From positions 240,001 through 272,000 of the forward strand of contig CP006915.1 of the NCBI GenBank assembly GCA_000503915.1: DNA of 32,000 nt, given 5' to 3'. The notes under the pieces are model-generated. The model was given only the letters and a program-made list of their open reading frames with translations. It had not been told where the DNA came from and ran no database searches. The position numbers and the translations under genes were made by a program. The stretch is from Candidatus Saccharimonadota bacterium. GTDB taxonomy: Bacteria; Patescibacteriota; Saccharimonadia; Saccharimonadales; Saccharimonadaceae. Shown in pieces: positions 24,163 through 32,000 of the stretch; the stretch's first letter is position 1; every line of letters begins with the position of its first letter.

Positions 24163-25551
24163 TCATCTTATAGCGCGTCTTAGTGACCTTACGGTCTCAG
24201 ACCATCGCGCTGGCCTATACACTTTCTTAATTTTTGCTCGAAGAGCATCGTTACTCTTTTTATTTGATAAAAAGAGTAGGGCATCAAGAAGTGCGCGTGA
24301 ATCGAAAGGTGAAATGTTAATAGTTAAATCGGGTGCAATTTCGCTCATAGATGAAACGTTTGAGGTAATTACCGGCGTTCCGTAAGCAAGCGACTCAGCA
24401 ACCGGTAGTCCCCATCCTTCATATTGCGAGGTGTACACCGTAAGTTCCGCATTCTGATATAACCATGCCAACTCCTGGTCGCTTACATTGTCCATAAATT
24501 TTACACGATTATTTAATTCAGGGTCATACGTAATAAGATGGATAAGATCCGCCGTCAACCAGCCTTGCCTACCGATAAGGTAAATCTTTGGCAATACATC
24601 AATACATCCTTCCTGAATGGCCAGCTTCAAAGCGGTATATAGCTGGATATGATTCTTTCGAGCCTCTATGGTTCCTACGCATATAGCAAAGGGGGAGCTG
24701 TGTTTTTGTATCATTTCTTTTTGTACACGTGGATCAATCTTCTCTATGACTTCATCGCCAAGTCTAAGAACCGTTACCTCTGGGGGGTCGCTTATTGCCG
24801 TCTCTTTCATAAACCTCTCGACGTCCTTCTTAGTAGACCGAGAGATAGTCACCACCGAAGACGCCACCCCTAATACCTCAAACAAGTACCTCGTATACAT
24901 TGGCAACAGCCCGACACCAAACACTTGCGGAGCATAAACTGGCACCAAGTCATAGATAAGACAGTGAAGTTTAGCACCCATTTCTGTCGCTCTACGAGTG
25001 GCTACATGCAAATGCGCTACACTGTCCCACAGACAACCCAAGACCAGCAGAGAGTCACCTTTAGCAAAGTTTACCTCTGTGCCATATCTTTGGGAGCCTG
25101 TCGATGCAGCAATTTCCATAGGGTCACTCTGCCGAGCGAGGTGTAAAGCAGCATATTCCTCATTTGTTCCACGCAATTCTCGCCAATGATGCAGCACATT
25201 CCGTGCCAGCGGTGTAGACCGAGATAGACCATCGCGTATTCTTGACCTTGCCGCTCTTTCGGTTGCCTGCACAGGGGTCGGCAGTCTCTGATATATATAC
25301 TTCGCTAGAGTGCGGGTGGTGCGTTGTTCTGTCGCCAGCTCAGTCTCTTCTTCTGTCGAGACAATTCCACGTAGAACTATATCATCGATGCTCTGCTCGA
25401 CTACTTGATACTCACCCTGACTAAACACTATGAGCTCGACATTATCTTGCCCAGACACCTCCTTGATAACGTTATAAAGCACTCTTTGGATGCCTGTAAA
25501 GTGCCCCCTCCACACTAGAAAGTCACTTACGTCAATATATACGCGCTTCAT
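24163..25551 (-). CDS. GT4-family glycosyltransferase
   Basis: YTSQYEGWGLPVAESLAYGTPVITSNVSSMSEIA is present. MKRVYIDVSDF at 25551 gives an ATGA overlap with the upstream stop. The ORF is open to 25596. Confidence 0.8.
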   Translation of the reverse strand: MKRVYIDVSDFLVWRGHFTGIQRVLYNVIKEVSGQDNVELIVFSQGEYQVVEQSIDDIVLRGIVSTEEETELATEQRTTRTLAKYIYQRLPTPVQATERAARSRIRDGLSRSTPLARNVLHHWRELRGTNEEYAALHLARQSDPMEIAASTGSQRYGTEVNFAKGDSLLVLGCLWDSVAHLHVATRRATEMGAKLHCLIYDLVPVYAPQVFGVGLLPMYTRYLFEVLGVASSVVTISRSTKKDVERFMKETAISDPPEVTVLRLGDEVIEKIDPRVQKEMIQKHSSPFAICVGTIEARKNHIQLYTALKLAIQEGCIDVLPKIYLIGRQGWLTADLIHLITYDPELNNRVKFMDNVSDQELAWLYQNAELTVYTSQYEGWGLPVAESLAYGTPVITSNVSSMSEIAPDLTINISPFDSRALLDALLFLSNKKSNDALRAKIKKVYRPARWSETVRSLRRAIR

Positions 25552-26769
25552 ATGTTTTGTACTTCCTTTATCAGTGGCTGGAGCGTATAGCCCCACGTAA
25601 CCTTAGGCTTTTGAGTCGCTAATGGTGTAGACGCTCGGTGGATACTCTTTTCTATCTGTTCCCTAAATTGACTCGCTTCGTTGGCAATACTCACATTCGG
25701 CTGGTTCTTGTATTCTTCATACGACCTGAATGCCGTATCGGTAGCAATGATCCATTTTTCAGCGAGTAGGGCTTCGGCTGTTTTTAAATTTGATCCCCCG
25801 CCCTGAGTGATGGGAAGAATGATAGTATGTGCAATTTGCAGTAGACTAGCCAAATCTTCATTACTCACTTCGCCAGCAAGATACGCGCGAAGGCGAGATG
25901 TTTCGCGCACGTACTCTGGCAGCTTTTCAAGTTCTTCCTCTACCAGCCTACACACCCCCCCCTACTATAACAATGTTTGAATCAAAGGGAAGAAAACCTA
26001 GCCGGCAGCCGACCAGCTCAAGAAAACCTCGAACATTTGGTGGATGCGCCGAGCCAATGAATAATATGATCTTTCTTACTTCTCGCTCTGCAAAAAAGCT
26101 TTGCCAATGCTGCACGTTTTCGGCAATTGCCCTTAAGGGGGAAATTGCATTTTTTGCAATGATCACCTTGTGCGCTCCTAGTTTTGTATAAAATCGCTTA
26201 TCGGCCTCCGTACAGGCAATCACCAAGTCAGCGTCTTTTGTCAGCGCAGACTCAAGGGCCTTTACTCGTTTTTTTGTGCTGTTCTTACTAGCAGTGCTCG
26301 AGAATCGATTACTCAGATCGTCAGCCAGCTGCCCCTTGAGATCTGTTTCCGCATTTTGTGAACTATAGATAAGACGTCCGCTCCATTTTACTCGTTTGAG
26401 GTATGCTTTTATCCAAAAGTATAAAAAAGGGTGTTCAAGCTGAACAATAGTTGGCTCGTAGTTTTTAAACAATTCGTGGAATTTAGTAGTTGCCGCTTCG
26501 TCGATATAGTCAGAGAGATATACGTCGGGAGTAAGATTATGGTCATGTGAAGCTTTTGACATATCAATCTCGATATCGGTTTCGCTCAGATTCTCATACC
26601 ATTTCCAGCCAACAAATGAGCAGTAACTTACGTTGACACCTGCACTGCGATAAGCGTCATAAATCGCTCGTACCCGAAGTTGCCCACCATGACGCGGGTC
26701 TTGAATAGGATACATGCCTATCATTAATACTCTCTTTTTCTTACCTATATCCATCGCCCGATCACTCAT
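25548..26769 (-). pseudogene. GT4/GT1-like glycosyltransferase split by a frameshift in a G8 tract (phase-off variant, pseudogene or assembly error)
   Basis: The 273-aa ORF ends ...NIVIVGGGV*. The 135-aa ORF continues CRLVEEELEKL...ILPITQGGGSNLKTAEALLAEKWIIATD in the frame reached by deleting one nucleotide. The junction is the homopolymer at 25955-25962. Confidence 0.7.
25955..25962 (-). repeat. Homopolymeric G8 (C8 on the plus strand) tract at the frameshift
   Basis: Counted directly. The plus strand has C at 25955-25962, and it was the longest G/C run found by eye. Confidence 0.95.
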
Positions 26770-26770
26770 A

Positions 26771-27850
26771 CTAAACAGACATCTTTTTCTTTACTTTCTC
26801 AAGGAGTAACTTTATTGTTCTTTTTTGTGAAGTGATGACACCATTGAGTTGAGCGTCTTGAGACTTTATGAGTATATCTTGCGCCACAAGACGAGCCTCA
26901 ATGTCGCTTATGTGCTTCTCGGCATCCTGGAGTTGATTATCTTTAAGTTTTAGCTCCCCACGTAGTTTTTGTTCTGCTTTATTCGCGTCCATGCTTAACT
27001 TCTTAAGTATATTTTTTATGAGCACATCTCCGTCATCTCCAACGATATTCATGCACTCGCGGTAGTATGTATAGTATATCTCATCGTAAAGGGCGGTGTC
27101 CGCATTTCTGTATGTCAAAGGCTTGTACGTGCCGGTAAAATGAATGATTACAGGATTCTTTTGTTTTGTCTCCTCTAATACCGTCGTAAAAACATTATAC
27201 TTTGCATCAAGAACCTTGATTTTGCCTTTAAATGTGAGGTTTGTTACTGTTTGGTCGGCAAAGAAGTTCAACTCTTTTGGGATAATCTTGTGTTTATTAC
27301 GTAGATTACTCCAGAACAGCGTCATTTCCTTACTCTTCCGTAGCTTCTCAAGATCTAGGAGTAATAGTCCGGAGTTAACGTATTTCTCATTTTTACTGAA
27401 TCCAATTCCTTCTTTATATCCACGGAAGGTGGGGCTATGTTCAACAACATAATCTGCTACGGCACCAATGTACTTATCATCAAGATCCGTATTATATAGA
27501 TCCTGAAGATCCGTCAGACACAGCATATCAAAGTCCATATAAAGCGCCCTGGGCTCACTATGTAATATCTCGGGCGCTAAATACCGAAAGTAGGCTTCAG
27601 TGGTGACATTTTCATTATTTACTTTTACATTCTTAAACCGGTCTTTATCTATCACCACCGATTTTACTTGAGTGTTTGAAAATTTTTGCTCAAGTCTCAT
27701 CAAGCGTGAGATGTTGTGGTCTGAGATATTTTTGTGGAACAAGTAAAAATTTAATTTATGCTTTGGGTTGTTCTTTATAACAGAATACATAGCAACAGCC
27801 GTCATATCGAAGCCGTTATTGTCGACTGCAAAAACTATATTTAGATTCAT
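26771..27850 (-). CDS. GT8-family glycosyltransferase with a C-terminal coiled-coil extension
   Basis: NIVFAVDNNGFDMTAVAMYSVIKNN and YMDFDMLCLTDL (DxD) are GT8 hallmarks. The last roughly 85 aa (KAEQKLRGELKLKDNQLQDAEKHISDIEARLVAQDILIKSQDAQL) are heptad-like. Confidence 0.8.
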   Translation of the reverse strand: MNLNIVFAVDNNGFDMTAVAMYSVIKNNPKHKLNFYLFHKNISDHNISRLMRLEQKFSNTQVKSVVIDKDRFKNVKVNNENVTTEAYFRYLAPEILHSEPRALYMDFDMLCLTDLQDLYNTDLDDKYIGAVADYVVEHSPTFRGYKEGIGFSKNEKYVNSGLLLLDLEKLRKSKEMTLFWSNLRNKHKIIPKELNFFADQTVTNLTFKGKIKVLDAKYNVFTTVLEETKQKNPVIIHFTGTYKPLTYRNADTALYDEIYYTYYRECMNIVGDDGDVLIKNILKKLSMDANKAEQKLRGELKLKDNQLQDAEKHISDIEARLVAQDILIKSQDAQLNGVITSQKRTIKLLLEKVKKKMSV

Positions 27851-27888
27851 ACTTATTTTATTTTAACAGCGTCTTGGGCGAACCGCAC

Positions 27889-28668
27889 TTACTTTGTGCA
27901 GAAGTAAATCTCCGACTGGGTGAAGTCGCTCATTTCACCCACTTCTTTTAAAGACATTTTTCTTATCTCCGCCCTGGTGGCCAAGTCTTTGAGTTTATAT
28001 ATCTTCACCTTATAGCCCACACTGCTAAGTCTGTCTTTGTAGTCATAGCCATACTTCCTCACATGATCGGCCTGACCAAATGCCTCAAGGCGACCTTTCT
28101 TCGAGGTAATTGTTGGATCTTCGTACGTGGTTGCTTGTTTAGCTATAGGCACTAGCAGAACCGACCATCCGCGCTTCTTCTGTACTCGATAAAGCTCTTT
28201 CATGGCCTTTACGTCATCGCTGACGTGCTCAAGTACATGGTTTGCCATGACAAAATCAAAGGAAGCGTTAGGATATTTTATATTTGTAATGTCCATCTTT
28301 ACGTCGACATCTTTCTCATACATATCAGCCGATAGGTAGCCCTTGCCTAAAAGCTCTGAGAACTTTTGTCTCAAAGAAGGTTCTGGCGCCACATGCAACA
28401 TCGTCTTCTCTTTGTTTATATTGTGTATACCGACCTCTCTTGTGATAAGAAGCCATGTCAGACGATGCCTTTCGAGCGAACCGCAGTTAGGACATACAGC
28501 CTTTGGCCTCGTTCTCACACCGGCAGACATTGCAGGAGTAAACTGACTCTCCTCTTCGCAAATAGGGCAATAGTTGAGGGCATTAGTTTGCTTACGCTTT
28601 CGATAGAGAACGACGACTCCATGGGGAGCGATTCCTCTTACTATTCTTTTGGCCGAGATGGTTGTCAC
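27889..28668 (-). CDS. SAM-dependent methyltransferase with an N-terminal zinc-ribbon
   Basis: CPICEEES...CPNCGSLERHR is a CxxC-CxxC ribbon. FDFVMANHVLEHV matches the Methyltransf_11-type motif. Confidence 0.7.
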   Translation of the reverse strand: MTTISAKRIVRGIAPHGVVVLYRKRKQTNALNYCPICEEESQFTPAMSAGVRTRPKAVCPNCGSLERHRLTWLLITREVGIHNINKEKTMLHVAPEPSLRQKFSELLGKGYLSADMYEKDVDVKMDITNIKYPNASFDFVMANHVLEHVSDDVKAMKELYRVQKKRGWSVLLVPIAKQATTYEDPTITSKKGRLEAFGQADHVRKYGYDYKDRLSSVGYKVKIYKLKDLATRAEIRKMSLKEVGEMSDFTQSEIYFCTK

Positions 28669-28682
28669 GCGATGAAGCCTTT

Positions 28683-29357
28683 CTATATATAATCTTCATG
28701 AACAAATAAGCACTCTATCCCGAGTTTTGATGTCCACACATGAACATAGCCAGCATTATGCATAGTCTGAAAAGCCCGCTCCATTCTTGCAACTCCGTCT
28801 TCGAAAAAACGTTCGTGGAATTCAATGATTATATTTGGTATTTTTAGCGGGTTATTGTTGCCGAAACCATCTTCAATAACTGCAAACTCTGATCCTTCAA
28901 TGTCCAGTTTCATACAGTCAATATGGTTAATGTGCTTCTCTTTCATAAGTGTTCTAATGGTTCTCATATTAACTTCTATTTTCCTGGGATAGTACTTGCC
29001 ATTTTCGTCAACCCTATCAATAGCGCTACTCCCCACTCCGCCATCACTATCACCCGTCACGTTAAACTCAGCGGTGCCATCGTACGACTCAATGCCGCAC
29101 ATAGTATGAACAAGTTGGTTTTTATTGACCACTCCTTCTTTGATCTGACTATCAACAAAGTCTTTTGAAAATGGAGTAGGGTCAAAACTATACACAGTAG
29201 CGTTGAACTTCTCGATCATGAACTTCTCAAATTCTATATCATCAAATATTCCAGCACTGAAAACGATGAAGTCCGTTTTATTCGAGTTGCTGATAGCTTT
29301 CTGAGCCAGTGCATATTCGTTGCCGTCGTCACCGAATCCGGTATTTATAACCTTCAT
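28683..29357 (-). CDS. FkbM-family methyltransferase
   Basis: IDCMKLDIEGSEFAVIE is the FkbM family signature region. The ORF is 224 aa. Confidence 0.7.
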   Translation of the reverse strand: MKVINTGFGDDGNEYALAQKAISNSNKTDFIVFSAGIFDDIEFEKFMIEKFNATVYSFDPTPFSKDFVDSQIKEGVVNKNQLVHTMCGIESYDGTAEFNVTGDSDGGVGSSAIDRVDENGKYYPRKIEVNMRTIRTLMKEKHINHIDCMKLDIEGSEFAVIEDGFGNNNPLKIPNIIIEFHERFFEDGVARMERAFQTMHNAGYVHVWTSKLGIECLFVHEDYI

Positions 29358-29453
29358 ACGTTTGTCTAGTTCTTTCGTAGGATATATTTGTTTGTAGATA
29401 TCGATATAATCATCTTTTACTTTGCGACTGTTTTTATAAAGGCGATAAACTTT

Positions 29454-30440
29454 TCAGAGAGCTTTATAGGGCAAACGTGTGAATGTGCGCAGAAGAAGGT
29501 TGTTATTCGCAACCGTCTTCAATTGTGCAATTTTATCTGGCTTTGGCTGCGGCTCTACTTTGGGGTCATTTATGAGTATATTACTATCTATACAATAGAC
29601 CGGCTTGCCAGTAAGTTGATTAATCTCTAGAGCCTGGCTATAGTTGCTTTCTACAAATAGAGAGTAGTTCTCCTTTGCGTACTCCTGCGCCTTAAATCTG
29701 CCATGGATACCTAAACGAACTCGCTCTTCTGCAGTGTACCCATCAAGCATTATAAGTTTTTGATATTTTACACCATGCTTCTTGAGCCAAGCCTCTGTGG
29801 GCTTTCGATATTTTTCAAGCCGTGAAGTAACAATTGTCTTTATCGTATACGTAGGTATATACTTTGGGCGTGCTGATTTTATGAAATTCAGATACTCTTT
29901 ACCATCGTCATTTTGATCAACTGTAGGATCTTCACACAGAACACCATCCATGTCATAGCAAGCCTGTCCTGTGTATATATCATGGTGAAGTATGTTCCAC
30001 TCAAATACCCTTGGATACGGAACCACCTCAAAATATATGTCTACCGTTGGGGAGTCCGTGGACGAGTACACCGCTAGGGTCGTAACCTTTTTGCGCAGCT
30101 TCTGTGGTAGCGATGCCACCTTTGCCATAAACCGTTGTCCGCCTCCGTACGCATCATCGACTACAAGAATCTTCTTGGCAACATGTGTCGTCTTGGGAGT
30201 TTTACTCCTAATTACTCGATTGCCATGTGTTGTCTCGCTATTATTAACCAGCTCGTCAAACGAACATACCGATATATTCATATCCTGGCCGATGATATGG
30301 GCGGGTACCATTCCACTGCGTGGTATACCGACGATTAGATCAAAGCCTTGGTCGGCAATGAGAGGCAGGTAGTCATGTATTGCTTTCGCAAGATCGGCGT
30401 AGCTCTTATAGCTCAGGCTGGTCATCTTTCCACCTCCCAT
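29454..30440 (-). CDS. Fusion protein with an N-terminal phosphoribosyltransferase-like domain and a C-terminal HAD-like domain
   Basis: FDLIVGIPRSGMVPAHIIG and KKILVVDDAYGGG are PRTase-type PRPP-loop patterns. ACYDMDGVLCEDP matches HAD motif I (DxDG). The start is ATG 30440 or 30425, and it overlaps the upstream ATPase gene. Confidence 0.6.
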   Translation of the reverse strand: MGGGKMTSLSYKSYADLAKAIHDYLPLIADQGFDLIVGIPRSGMVPAHIIGQDMNISVCSFDELVNNSETTHGNRVIRSKTPKTTHVAKKILVVDDAYGGGQRFMAKVASLPQKLRKKVTTLAVYSSTDSPTVDIYFEVVPYPRVFEWNILHHDIYTGQACYDMDGVLCEDPTVDQNDDGKEYLNFIKSARPKYIPTYTIKTIVTSRLEKYRKPTEAWLKKHGVKYQKLIMLDGYTAEERVRLGIHGRFKAQEYAKENYSLFVESNYSQALEINQLTGKPVYCIDSNILINDPKVEPQPKPDKIAQLKTVANNNLLLRTFTRLPYKAL

Positions 30441-31632
30441 AATACTTTCCTTCGCGCTTCAATAAAGCATTCCCGCTGAACTTACCAGAGTTTCGTACAA
30501 TAACCCTTAGCGAATTCTCGTCATTGGTATACGCTATGCGCTTGTCTGTCTTTTCCTCATCAAGGGTAGCAGTAATGTAAAGATTACTATCATTATAGAG
30601 AGAAAGTGGAAACTCATACTCTAGTGAGCTAATGCCTTTTTTTGCGATCGCCTTTACCCCATTCTGAACAAGCGGATAGCCTCCACGCCCCTCATCGATG
30701 ATTGAGATCTTTGTGTTTACAGGCGTATCGTCGGTTATCTCATACCTTATTTTAAAATTCAGCGTATCGCTATTTGATAATAGCTTACTGCCTGCTGTTG
30801 TAACCTGAAACAATGGAACTCGCTTACTTAGTCCGTCAGGATAGTTGCCGTCTTCTCGAGTTTTTGTATTGCCTTGGCCGCCTAGATTATCAAGCGTGTA
30901 TTGATTTGCGATATCTTCCTTAGACCCAATAGCCTTCACGACAGAATCGTGTATAAGCAGTGCTCTGTCACAAAAACGTCGAACAGCATCCATACTATGG
31001 GTTACGAGAATTACTGTCTTTGTTTTGTCTTCCTTCACAGCTTTAAAGTACTCATCACATTTTCGTTGGAAAGCTTCGTCGCCAACGGCTAATACTTCAT
31101 CAAGCACCAGTATGTCTGCTCTGGCACGGGTCGCCACCGAGAAGGCCAACCGTACCTGCATGCCTGAAGAGTAGTTTTTTAGCAACTGATCCATAAATGG
31201 CTCCAGCTCGGCAAACTCTACGATATCATCGTACATTTCATCGATTTCTTTTTCACTAAAGCCATTGAGCGCACCGCTAAGGTATACATTCTCGCGTCCG
31301 GTTAATTCCGGATTAAATCCGACGCCGAGCTCAATGAATGGTACCAGTCGGCCCTTTACACTCACCTCGCCGCTGGTTGGCTGGTAGATCTCCGCCAATA
31401 TTTTTAACAAAGTGCTCTTGCCGCTACCGTTCCGGCCGACGATTCCAAAGAACTCACCCTCTTTAACGTCAAAGCTTATGTCTTTCAGGGCGTGCTGCAC
31501 TTCTATTGTCCTACCGCCACGCATAGCCTGCAATGGACGAACAAAGATATCCTTTATGGATGAGGTTTTTTGGTGAGGTAAGCGAAAATTTTTGGAGACA
31601 TTCTTTACGGAAATAGCTATGGGGTCGCTCAT
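30406..31632 (-). CDS. Polysaccharide/teichoic-acid ABC exporter ATP-binding protein (Wzt/TagH type) with an extra C-terminal domain
   Basis: Walker A is GRNGSGKST, the signature is YSSGMQVRLAFS and Walker B is ILVLDEVLAVGD. About 150 additional C-terminal residues lie beyond the NBD. Confidence 0.9.
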   Translation of the reverse strand: MSDPIAISVKNVSKNFRLPHQKTSSIKDIFVRPLQAMRGGRTIEVQHALKDISFDVKEGEFFGIVGRNGSGKSTLLKILAEIYQPTSGEVSVKGRLVPFIELGVGFNPELTGRENVYLSGALNGFSEKEIDEMYDDIVEFAELEPFMDQLLKNYSSGMQVRLAFSVATRARADILVLDEVLAVGDEAFQRKCDEYFKAVKEDKTKTVILVTHSMDAVRRFCDRALLIHDSVVKAIGSKEDIANQYTLDNLGGQGNTKTREDGNYPDGLSKRVPLFQVTTAGSKLLSNSDTLNFKIRYEITDDTPVNTKISIIDEGRGGYPLVQNGVKAIAKKGISSLEYEFPLSLYNDSNLYITATLDEEKTDKRIAYTNDENSLRVIVRNSGKFSGNALLKREGKYYGRWKDDQPEL

Positions 31633-32000
31633 TAGATGTCCTCCGCAAATGATGGCGATTTCCGCCTAAAGTAGACCGCCGATGCGCCTGCGACTAACGC
31701 CACCAGTGCGAAGGGGATGAGCCAATAGGCACTGCCGGCAAAAACGGTATAGACGGTATCTGTCCTGGGGGTCACCAGAGCATACCTGGCATCCTGAATA
31801 ATCTGCGCCATTGGATTGAGTAGTAAAAATTTACCGGCAAACTCCGAGAACTGCTTTACCATCGATAGCGGATAGAGGATTGGCGTAAGATAGAAGCCGG
31901 CCTGCATAAGTACTTCCCATACATAATTGATATCGCGAAAACGAACATAGAGCGCACTGAGTAAAAAGCTCATCCCTAGCGCCAGAACAAATAATTCAAA
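31632..32000 (-). CDS. ABC-2 type polysaccharide exporter permease (Wzm/TagG-like), C-terminal part, truncated by the window
   Basis: The frame stays open to position 32000 (…FELFVLALGMSFLLSALYVRFRDINYVWEVLMQAGFYLTPILYP). The TAATG junction with the ATPase gene is a 1-nt overlap. Confidence 0.8.
   Translation of the reverse strand, partial: FELFVLALGMSFLLSALYVRFRDINYVWEVLMQAGFYLTPILYPLSMVKQFSEFAGKFLLLNPMAQIIQDARYALVTPRTDTVYTVFAGSAYWLIPFALVALVAGASAVYFRRKSPSFAEDI

Noticed and set aside
29388-29630. 80-aa plus-strand ORF spanning the FkbM/PRTase-HAD intergenic gap
   Set aside because: It is AT-rich and low-complexity (runs of I/F/Y), and mostly antisense to the 3' end of the PRTase-HAD gene. 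No promoter or SD was seen.
29992-30372. 126-aa antisense ORF inside the PRTase-HAD gene
   Set aside because: The sense frame carries the PRTase and HAD motifs, so the antisense frame is a shadow.

Overview
The window is almost entirely a densely packed, about 30 kb cell-surface glycan biosynthesis locus. It is arranged in alternating-strand transcription blocks, with many 1-44 nt gene overlaps.

**Left end (minus strand)**
- The 5' half of a tRNA runs into sequence that looks like the start of a group I intron. This is cut by the window edge.
- Next come a membrane-anchored class A beta-lactamase-like serine hydrolase, a LexA-type DNA-binding protein with no peptidase domain, and an O-antigen ligase/polymerase-like membrane protein.

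**Wzx/Wzy-type module and sugar-nucleotide genes**
- WbaP-like initiating phosphotransferase.
- A four-helix-bundle ('23S rRNA IVS protein' family) gene.
- A GT4 glycosyltransferase.
- glmS, a mannose-1-P guanylyltransferase and a UDP-glucose 6-dehydrogenase.
- A GtrB-like GT2 and a Wzx flippase.

**AT-richer minus-strand block**
- Pyruvyl transferase, UDP-GlcNAc 2-epimerase-like protein, methyltransferase, TagF-like glycerophosphotransferase and a GT-C-like polytopic protein.

**Surface-protein pair**
- A membrane-anchored S/T/P-rich protein.
- A 631-aa secreted protein carrying bulb-type mannose-lectin repeats.

**ABC-transporter-type module**
- Three intact GT4 genes (two plus-strand, one minus-strand) and one GT4 gene split by a frameshift.
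- A GT8 with a coiled-coil tail.
- Two methyltransferases and a PRTase-HAD fusion.
- Wzt/TagH-like ATPase with an extra C-terminal domain, and a Wzm/TagG-like permease.

**Most notable sequence-level signals**
- A G8 tract sits exactly at the frameshift that splits a GT4 gene.
- A CCACCTA x4 heptamer array lies in the 5' end of another GT4 gene. The same array forms an imperfect inverted repeat bracketing the four-helix-bundle gene.
- An 8-7-8 palindrome carries both -10 boxes of a divergent promoter.
- The tRNA is interrupted.
- The lectin-bearing secreted protein is embedded in a mannose-oriented glycan locus.

**Limits**
- No CRISPR array, transposase or rRNA was seen.
- Taxonomy is only a guess. 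Gene content and leaderless-looking promoters resemble a Gram-positive-type or CPR/Saccharibacteria-like genome.
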